Origin: Octopus vulgaris
Lineage: Eukaryota
Assembly: GCA_951406725.2 (NCBI GenBank)
Contig: OX597817.1
Location: 67,456,001 to 67,520,000, forward strand
Reading direction: 5' to 3'
Length of the DNA stretch: 64,000 nt
The position numbers and the translations under genes are program-made. Below the pieces are notes generated by a model. It worked only from the letters and a program-made list of their open reading frames with translations, made no database searches and had not been told where the DNA came from. Below, piece after piece: positions 54,409 through 64,000 of this stretch; the stretch's first letter is position 1; every line of letters begins with the position of its first letter.

Positions 54409-54812
54409 AAGGCGGCGAGCTGGCAGAAACGTTAGCACGCCGGGTGAAATGCGTAGCCGTATTTCGTCTGCCGTTACCTTCTGAGTTCAAATTCCGCCGA
54501 GGTCGACTTTGCCTTTCATCCTTTCTGGGTCGATAAATTAAGTACCAGTTACGCACTGGGGTCGATGTAATCGACTTAATCCCTTTGCCTGTCCTTGTTT
54601 GTCCCCTCTGTGTTTAGCCCCTTGTGGGCAGTAAAGAAATAGGTATTTCGTCTGTCTTTACATTCTGAGTTCAGATCCCGCCGAGGTCGACTTTGCTTTT
54701 CATTCTTTCGGGGTCGATAAGTTAAGTACCAGTTGCGTATTGGGGTCGATCTAATCGACCTGGCCCCCTACCCCCCAAAAATTTCGGACCTTGTGCCTAG
54801 AGTAGAAAAGAA
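54409..54812 (+). mobile_element. SINE family B dimer
   Basis: A full monomer to about 54643, followed by a second body with a different tail. Confidence 0.88.
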
Positions 54813-54859
54813 TATTTCCTCCCATAAATACATTTGTATGCTATAAAAAAGAAAAATTG

Positions 54860-55127
54860 AGAAATTATGAATTTTCGCCGTCTTCAAAATCATTTGGACG
54901 GAAAAAACATGAATTCTATAGACGAGGTCAGAACAGTACTGGAGGAGTATTTTTCGTCACGGACAAGTGAATTTTGGAACGGGCTTTGCAAGTCTATCAG
55001 ATAGATGGAAGAGCATTGTAGAAAATGAAGGAGAGTATATTTTAGATTAAAAGGGAACTTTGTTTATCTTAATTTTGAAAAATAAAAGAAGTGTAAAAAA
55101 AAAATACATTATTTATGGGATGATCCA

Positions 55128-55130
<3 letters not shown>
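54860..55130 (+). mobile_element. Mariner 3' remnant
   Basis: C-terminal EEYFSSRTSEFW..RWKSIVENEGEYILD* and a TIR-like TTTATGGGATGATCCAGTG. Confidence 0.6.
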
Positions 55131-55194
<64 letters not shown>

Positions 55195-55525
55195 CGTGCG
55201 TGTGTGTGTTTGTTTGTTTGTGTGTGTGTGTGTGTGTGTAATTATAAGATCCAAGGATATAAGTATCGGAAGTTTCTAAGCTTCGAACAGTCCGTGGTAG
55301 GTTCAGGTACAATAATACTTTATTGGCGACGGTAGTAAGCTTTACCCATATCGCAGTTCGATAAGCGAAATTCAAAAAAATTTTTATCGCTTACGGTTAG
55401 CAACTTGAGTCGCTATGAACACGAATAAAAATCGAAATTGTGGGAGTGGAGCAGGTAAAATTTTCCAAGGTCTCTTCAGCTTCATGAACAGCTAGCTGAG
55501 TACCCTTCGTTGAGTAATAATCATA

Positions 55526-55652
55526 TCAACCACAAAGTTCCGGGTTCAGTCCCACTGCGTGGCATCTTGGGCAAGTGCCTTCTACTATAGCCTCGGGCCG
55601 ACCAATGCCTTGTGAGTGGATTTGGTAGACGGAAACTGAAAGAAGCCCGTCG

Positions 55653-55683
<31 letters not shown>

Positions 55684-55915
55684 GTGTGTGTTTGTGTGTC
55701 TGTGTTTGTCTCCCCAACATCGCTTGACAACCGATGCTGGTGTGTTTACGTCCCCATTACTTAGCGGTTCGGCAAAAGAGACCGATAGGATAAGTACTAG
55801 GCTTACAAAGAATAAGTCCTGGGGACGATTTGCTCGACTAAAAGGCGGTGCTCCAGCATGGCCGCAGTCAAATGACTGAAACAAGTAAAAGAGAAAAAAA
55901 GAAAAGAGAAAAGAG
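55526..55915 (+). mobile_element. SINE family A, lacking the extreme 5' end
   Basis: Matches the family consensus. Confidence 0.9.
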
Positions 55916-56021
55916 AATCAGAGAATCTGCTCGCTAGGAAACACATGCAGCCTGAATTTCATCTGCCAGCAAACTCATTATTGGTATAAATTTTTCAGTT
56001 TCTCTCTACCAAATCCACTCA

Positions 56022-56400
56022 CGAGCTGGCAGAAACGTTAGCACGCCGGGCGAAATGCTTAGCGGTATTTCGTCTGCGTTACGTTGTGATAAGGCGGCGA
56101 GCTGGCAAAAACGTTAGCACGCCGGGCGAAATGCTTAGCGGTATTTCGTCTGCGTTACGTTGTGATAAGGCGGCGAGCTGGCAGAAACGTTAGCACGCCG
56201 GGCGAAATGCTTAGCGGTATTTCGTCTGCGTTACGTTGTGAGTTCAAATTCCGCCGAGGTCGACTTTGCCTTTCATCCTTTCGGGGTCGATAAATTAAGT
56301 ACCAGTTACGCTCTGGGGTCGATGTAATCGACTTAATACCTATGTCTGTCCTTGTTTGTCCCCTCTGTGTTTGGCCCCTTGTGGGTAATAAAGAAATAGG
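56022..56400 (+). mobile_element. SINE family B with a triplicated 76-bp head
   Basis: Units at 56022-56087 (partial), 56088-56163 and 56164-56239, then a normal body. Confidence 0.9.
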
Positions 56401-57065
56401 ATTTATAGCAGAAGACACTTGCCCAAGATTCCACTCGGTGGGACTGAACTCTGAATAACGTGTTTGGAAAAGCAAACCCCCTTACCACACAGCTGCGCCT
56501 TCTATTTAACGAAAAGTTCAGAGAGGGAGTGGGGAACAAAAAGAAAACAGCCCTGCTTCGCTGAGAGGTGGGTAAATAGTTATAGTCTATATTTAGAAGG
56601 AAAACGAGAAATAAGGTTTATACTCGTCATTCTTCCCTGCTGAATGTGGAGAAAAGAAAATAACCACAACAACAATCACAACGATAACAACAATAAAAGA
56701 AAATTTTATAGTTCACTTGCTCTTTCAATGTCTGTCTGCATGCCTGCTACTTGCCTGCCTGCTTGTCTGACTGTCTATCCGTCAGTCTTGTTGTCTGTCT
56801 ATGTCAGTCTGTCATCTGGCTGTCTGTCTGTACGTGTATGTATGTATGTATGTATGTATGTATGTATGTATGTATGTATGTATATACACCCATATATGTG
56901 TATGTGCGTGGGTAGTCTGTAAATGTGTGTGTGCATACGAACGCACACACACACATATATATAGATAAAACTTACTTGGAAGAGGATGCCTGGAGTTCAG
57001 TCATATAACAATATAAATAATACATACATACATGCATACATACATACATATATATATATATATCT

Positions 57066-57129
<64 letters not shown>

Positions 57130-57178
57130 GTATATATATATATATATGTATGTATGTATGTATATATACATATATATG

Positions 57179-57217
<39 letters not shown>

Positions 57218-57574
57218 TATATACATACATATATGTACATACTTAAATCTATACGTATATATATAAATATGCATATGTGGGTGCAGGACGTCATGAAACG
57301 TCTACAACAAAAAATACGAAGCAGGAGTACATGGAACATGAACTATTCTTTCGAACAACGAAGGACACAAATGGAAAACAAAACAAACAACATAAAGAAC
57401 GGCCCTGCTGTAGCTATTTTCTCCATTTTTTTTTCTTCTCCACAACATCATACCTTTCAAGCAATGAAACTGGAAGACAACATTATTATAGCCAATTTTC
57501 AGATTTTTTTTACTGCCTTTTAAAAAATGCATATTTTGCGAATGAAAAAAACTAGACCCTAATCCTTGTCTTCA

Positions 57575-58122
57575 GTTCCTCTTCGGTGGTCGCAGTCTGG
57601 GGAGTTACGTGGCCAGATGTTAGGAGTGATGTGGTCGCAGAAATTGCCTGACAACCATGACGGAGTTATCCTGCTTGTGTGGCATGGTGTAGAGTCCTAT
57701 TGCCAGACATAGGGTCTTCCAGTAGCTACCCTCTTCATCCAGGGCAATACTACCTCCTGCAGGTATTTGATGTAGGTCTCCGTGTTGAGTTTGAGGTTGT
57801 GTAGGAAGATGAATTGAGGCACAATGTCGCCATCACTAGTGATCACTTCAAACACCATGATGTTGACTGGATGCTTAACTTTTAGATTGAGACCCAAACA
57901 CTCTGAAATGTTTGCATTGGAGCTTCCGGTGAGAATGTCAAGCAATACAGAATGTTGTTTTCAAATTCCTGGGAGAGTGGATTGCATTATGGTGCTGTTT
58001 TTCTCACAGACTGTGCTCAACTGACCCTACTATGCTGTATCGTCGACAAAATCAAAAATAAACGATGCGCACGCACGAAATAAAAAAATTAAATACCGAC
58101 AATTTATCCATCGCACCCTGTG
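57575..58122 (-). mobile_element. Tc1/mariner superfamily (maT/DD37D-like) transposase remnant
   Basis: KHPVNIMVFEVITSDG..YIKYLQEVVLPW..YVWQ*DSTPCH..WPRNSPD; possible terminus CAGGGTGCGATGGATAAATTG at about 58119. Confidence 0.7.
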
Positions 58123-58146
58123 TGTATGTGTGTATGTGTGTGTATG

Positions 58147-58208
<62 letters not shown>

Positions 58209-58243
58209 AGGTTGAAAAGGAACACACGAGTTGATATGTATAA

Positions 58244-61200
58244 GGAAAATAAGACAAGGTAGAAAATATTAAAATAATATCATGAAGAACATTTTAGTAC
58301 CGGTTCCAGCCTTTGCGACTTTCTCAACTTGGATTAAAGCATGAAAAACAATTAAATTGTTGAAAAATTAAATGAAATGTTTTTTAAAAATATTTCCATA
58401 GTTTTCAAATGTAAGGAATATTTTCTTTTTTTCTGTCTGTCTCTGCCTCTCTTTTTTACTCTTGTGAGGGCTTGGTAACAGGTACATATTTTATATATCA
58501 TATCCCACACGAGATACAGAAAATGCCGACAAAAACAGACACAGTCACTACTTATAAATGAAGAAATACTGAAAGAACTCAAGATAATCAACACAAATCT
58601 GTCAGCGTGTTTTAACAAATTCGACTCGACACATGGACCGAATCGAGAGAACATTGAGGAAATCGATACGAAAAATACAACCTCCGAAATTGTCGAAAAC
58701 CTTGGAAACTTATGCGAAACAGAACATTTTTCTCAAACAACGCCAACCAAGGACCACCGAACGAGGCAGCATATGCGATCAATACACTAACAACATACCA
58801 AATGAAACAATACACAGTACAACAATGAAATCACTCAGAGATAGAAAGTTCGCCTTTTGGAAGATGATCCAAAACAACAACAAAGCGAATGTATACGGCA
58901 AATGGCTCAATCTGACACCGTTAATTCCCCCGTACAAACTCCAGATCAAAGCCATTATAGATGAACCTGAGGCGCAAATACGCCTCAGGGAAAGAATACC
59001 ATTGGAAAAATGAAGATGGAAATAGAACTTCTAAAACTGAGGGCTCAGACGAATGAAGATAGAGCAAAATCCACCGATGAAGAGATCAACCAAGAAATTA
59101 AACAAAATGACTCAAGGCCCCGACCTAGAGAAGATATCCAAACTAGGGAAAGAGGATTGTGATAAAGACGAACTGAGATCCCTCCAACGCTGAGGAAAAA
59201 AGTGCCACTTGGTTCTCAAACTATGAAACTGTCTTTCAAACAGAATACACTTCCAAAAACCCTTTCCTAAGACTAGAAAATCGAAGCAACACTCAAGCAC
59301 AGATTCACACCTGTCTAAAAAACCGGAACCATCACCCCCTACCGAAAAAGAATAGAAGACCTAATCCTAAGTTTGTAACCCACCATCATCGGGAGTACCT
59401 CAACATGAAACAGAGAAATGAAAATCATTACCCGCAGGATAGATATTGCAACCTTCTCTCCAATGAAATTTTCGTTCCAACAATCTACTAAACAACCACG
59501 CACAACAAACCCGTACCACACGTAATAATTACCAACGACAGCCCCCTAAAACACCACATCCGAACATGAAATATAGAGACACACCTTTCAATACCTTCCC
59601 AAGAACCCGCACCAGAAATCACATCAGGGCACTCCACAACAAGGAACAACTACATAACAGCAACCGACCCGATCTCAATCATTTTTGAGACCCAATACGC
59701 AAACACAGAGATACGAGATAGCACCAGACAGACAGGAAGAACCAAAAATGATAAACCAAATAAACAGCAAATCAAATCAACATAATCTCCAAAGGGCTCA
59801 ATTTTACACCCCCACCAACGCCCAAACTACAACGAAATGAATGAAGCCGTCTCGGAATTCTGTAGAAAATTACGACTCACTGAGGAACTATACGACAAAT
59901 ACAAAGAGGACGAATCGTTAGTCCAAAATAGAAGTAACAACACCCCTTCAAAAAGTAAGAGCAAAATTCTTGACCATTTCTATGAATACATCTCGAATTA
60001 CCCACATCAAGATATACACAAACAAAAACACAAGCCAAACTTCAGCAAAAAAAAAAGAATGGGTTGAGCTGAACAAATTAAAAGCTGGTAAAGATAACAA
60101 TCAAAGAGGCCGATAAATGGAGTGCAGTTGTCTTAATTGACACGTTATACAATACAACTCTAGCACTAACCATATGAAAAGATCCAACACTATAGTCAGC
60201 AGAAAATAATGAGAAACCTAAAATCTATGTTAAACCTATACAGAGAAGGGCTCACCGACAAGGAATATGATTATATGACCAACTTCAAAAGTAAAACCAG
60301 CCAATTCTACAGTATTCCCAAGATACACAAAAGTGAGAAAATAAGTAACGCATGCAGGATAGCCACATACATAATAATCAAGTTCCCTACTCTTAATGAT
60401 CTCAAATTAAGACTTATAATAGCAGGTCCCGCATGCGAAAACACCACCTCATTAACTTTTTAGACACCCTCTTAAAACCATTCCTTAAGTATATCAAAAG
60501 CTACATAAGGGACGTCCTAGATATGCTCAATCACCTCCCTAAAATAATAAACAAAAACACCCTACTAGTATCCACCGATGTAGTCAGCTTCTATTCTAAT
60601 ATCCCCCGCAGCCTAGGAACAGCGGCAATTCAATTCTGGCTAGAGAATTAATCCAATGAACTCCCACATCACATCAAAAAAGAATTCATAATAGAAGGGC
60701 TAAAATTCATCTTGGAGAATAACTACTTTGTCTTCAACGACAACTTCTATCGACAAAAATCGGGGACTGCAATGGGTACGAGAATGACCCTACCTCCTTT
60801 GCTAACCTAGTCATGGGATACCTTGAAATCTTTATCGTAAGGTACTAGAAAATACGGCAACCCATTCTCCCTCTACATAGAAAATAACTGGAAGAGCTAT
60901 CTGGATGACTGTTTTGTTCTTTGGCATGAAAGTACAGAGAGATTTAAAGAATTTCAAACACTAATAAATGGACTTGACGTAAACATTCAATTTACAATGG
61001 AATATAGCCATCAATAACTTCCATTCTTCGACATCCTCATTAAGAAATCTAACAACGAAATAGAAATAGATATATATACTATAAGCCCACGGACTTCAAG
61101 CAATATCTACCGTTCAACTCAGGCCACCCCAGATACTAGAATGAATATCCCTTTCAACTTAGCAAAAAGGATTTGTACTATAGTTTCTAATACAAGCACC

Positions 61201-62442
61201 AAGGAAACACGACAACATGAACTAAAGGATATTCTCGTTACCAGGAACTACCCACCATCATTAATTGATATAGGCTTTCAACGTGCCCTACAACTCGACA
61301 TCCACGAACTCAGACATCCTAAATCAAAGAAAGATTTACAACCTTACCATACATCTCCACACACAACCCTCTTAAGAATAAAACCTTCGACACCATCCTC
61401 CAAACATACCCCTACTAAAAAGGGACCACAGAATGAATTTAATCCTCCAAACCTCACCGTCATAAAAAGCAAAAGACAACCCAAATCTATGAAATGTCTC
61501 CTAACACAAGCCCAAGTACGCTCGACAACACTGAAACCGTCAGTAAAATAAATGCAGAAGACCTAACTGTGGTATATGTGTCAACCTATTTGAGGGATCG
61601 GAGTTCTTTTTCAAACAGTGTCAATATATGTATTCACTTGCTCTGGGTGTCGGGAGCAATACATAGGCCAAACCAAAAACAGTCTACGTCAAAGGATGGC
61701 TGTACATAGATCCCAGATCAAAATTCGGGAATACAAAAGAATAGCATTCAGCGAATACATCGACATTTGCGCCACTAACAAACAACCCAGCTTCAGAATT
61801 TTTCTCCTCTATAAAACTCAGGGACGATGCAACTTGTAGTCAGCGCATTGGTAAAAAGTAATATTTTACCACAAAATATAAACCCTTTTTGAATGCATAC
61901 ACCATAAATGACACTATTAGAAGGGCCTCAGAATAATACCCAAGCACATTGTTGAAAACGATATATTCAGAACAATCACTACCCATGAATCTATTAAGAA
62001 CAGTTCCAATCACTACTATTACAGCCACAACAGGTCACTTTTAGGTTAAGTCACTTGACCATTTAAGAGGATTCCACCAACAACCTTCAACTGTCATACC
62101 ACTTCCACATTCTTCTTCTTCTTCTTCGCCGCCTCCTTTCTCAGCTGCTACTACTGCTTAAACAATCAAAACCAAGAACTCATATCAAATGTTAGGACTA
62201 CTACTACCTGCTACTTGCTACCAAGCCCTCACAACGGTAAAAAAAGAGAGACAGACAGAAAAAAAGGAAAATGTCCCTTGCATTTGAAAACTATGGAAAT
62301 ATTTTTTAAAAACATTTCATTTAATTTTTCCACAATTCAATTGTTTTTCTTTAAGTTGAAAAAGTTGCAAAGTCTGAAACCGGTACTAAAATGTTCTTCA
62401 TGATAAAATTATTTTAGCATTTTCTACCTTGTCTTATTTTCC
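58244..62442 (+). mobile_element. Near full-length degenerate Penelope-like element (Neptune-like) bounded by inverted pLTR copies
   Basis: SKGLNFTP, FCRKLRL, TIKEADK, FYSIPKIHK, DVVSFYSNIP, QKSGTAMGT, YLDD, NIPFNLAKRIC, CRRPNCGIC linker, IYVFTCSGCREQYIGQT..RQRMAVH. Inverted repeats 58244-58483 and 62212-62442. Confidence 0.9.
62351..62390 (+). ncRNA. Degenerate pLTR hammerhead (mirror copy on the minus strand at about 58293-58332)
   Basis: UUGAAAA AGU-UGCAAAG-UCU GAAA CCGG UA CUAAA, with palindromic ACCGGU. The other copy has stem II AGUC-GCAAA-GGCU. Confidence 0.45.
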
Positions 62443-62553
62443 ATATATATATAATTAAAAAGTAATGTAATAATACATTACGGAGGTTGTATTATAAGCA
62501 ATTAATAATTATTTATGAATATATCAATGGCCAAACATTTTATCATAAAATTC

Positions 62554-62900
62554 ATAGAAGAATGTTTATAATTAGGAACAAGTCACAATTATAACTAAGA
62601 GGGTTTCAAAACCCTTACATGTTTAAAAATAACAGCCAAAACCGCTATAAAGCCATTTTTATCATTCATATTATTTCTCTTCACAATTGAAACTGTTTGC
62701 AGGCGATAAGACAAATAGAATCTACAAATTAAAAATAACTGGTTAATTCCCTATTGCAATTTCGACGTGAAGAGAAATAATATGAGCGATAAGAATGGTT
62801 TTATAGCGGTTTTGCCTGCTATTTCTAAACATGTAAGGGTTTTTTTAAACCTTCTTAATTATAACTGTGACTTGTTTATAATTATAAATATTTTTCTATA
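62554..62900. repeat. Diverged fold-back (~130-bp arms) near short (TA)n
   Basis: Arms 62554-62683 and 62767-62900, e.g. ACCCTTACATGTTTA/TAAACATGTAAGGGT and TATTATTTCTCTTCAC/GTGAAGAGAAATAATA. Confidence 0.85.
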
Positions 62901-63439
62901 TATGTGTGTGTGTGTGTGTGTGTGGATGGATAGACAAATAGATAGATAGATATGTACATACACGTATATACGTATATATATATATATAAAATACAAAATG
63001 GGACAAGAACACAAAACATTCAGATAGACGATACAAAAAAAAAAACAAGGACGGGTCATTCGAAGCTTTTTATCCTCAGTCAAGAACCGGATCATACTCG
63101 CAATTTCGGCTGATTAATCTTGAGATTGCTCCAATCTGGCCAGCCCCAAGGAAAAACTAAGCTAAGAACATTAGCTTCCTTGGAAAAAAGCATCGAATGT
63201 ATAGGAAAACAAGGACGGAAAAACAGACGATGTCACCGCCTTAACAACAACAACAACAACAACAGCAACAACAACAATAACTGTAATAACTAGCGGGACC
63301 CATGAATATTTCACGGAATTATTGGTAAACTTATTGGGTTATTTCAGAAAACCTTATCCAAAAAACCTGAAAGCGTAGTCTATGTTGTGTCTGTATCATT
63401 GAAAAGTTCCGATTGAAAATAATTCCCCTTCGTTATTTT

Positions 63440-63590
63440 TGCACAAGGCCGTCAAGTCTGAAGGGTTAGAAAAGTCGATTACCGACTTTAGTGCTCAACT
63501 GGTAATTACTTAGTTGACTCCGAAAAGATGAAAGCGATGTTGATCTTGGCAGCATTTGGACGCAAAACGCAAAAACCTGGTTAAATGTTA
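63440..63590 (-). mobile_element. Old SINE family B copy
   Basis: AAGTCGATTAC..CTCAACTGGTA..CCGAAAAGATGAAAG. Confidence 0.55.
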
Positions 63591-64000
63591 CAGAGAAATA
63601 CAGTTTTCGTAAACTTATGAACGAAGATTAAAACTACTGTTGTTCTATGAAATAAATGGTTTATCGATAGCAAATGACTTGATCCACTCTTCAGTGAAAA
63701 GACTTAATATGAGTCTCATACAACAACCAATATCTCTATCAAAACAGTTAAATGATTATCCAGGAACAGCGGAAGCCATTACTAGAACATTCTAGAGTAT
63801 ACCCTTTGGATGAAATACTTTCCGATCACCTTTTGTTCTTGGCAAAATTTGAATCATCTCAAAAAACAAACGAAAATACGAAAAATGCCAAAGAAGTAGA
63901 ACGTGAACAAAATTACTGATAAAGACCTGGCTTAAAAGACTGAAATACAGATAAAAAGTGTACTTTTACTCTAGTATGAAACGCACGATATAGTTGAGGT

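Noticed and set aside
56022-56239. CRISPR-like array
   Set aside because: The units are contiguous with no unique spacers and derive from a SINE; the context is eukaryotic with no cas genes.

Overview
Repeat-saturated, AT-rich eukaryotic DNA with no recognisable host protein-coding gene. The tRNA-derived SINE families and the (TA)n, (TATG)n, (TAA)n and (GATA)n microsatellites suggest an octopus (coleoid cephalopod) genome; this is inference. Most ORFs in the track are microsatellite or SINE artefacts. The real coding remnants are all mobile elements: a CR1-type LINE (17.6-20.8 kb), R4/Dong- and HERO-type RLE fragments, Tc1/mariner fragments, and several lineages of Penelope-like elements (PLEs; RT and/or GIY-YIG). 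The standout pattern is about nine fold-back (inverted-repeat) units, mostly at (TA)n tracts, with arms of roughly 27 bp to 1 kb. Most share one asymmetric layout: one arm carries an extra 3' tail and the other is a truncated inverted copy. The largest near-perfect unit is a 2-kb palindrome of a Naiad-type GIY-YIG ORF. Many of these units, plus short (TA)n-anchored stubs, carry type I hammerhead ribozyme motifs in six sequence families, several with non-canonical cores. Two SINE families also share 3' tails with LINE ends found in the same window. All folds and alignments were made by eye, and element boundaries are approximate unless stated.
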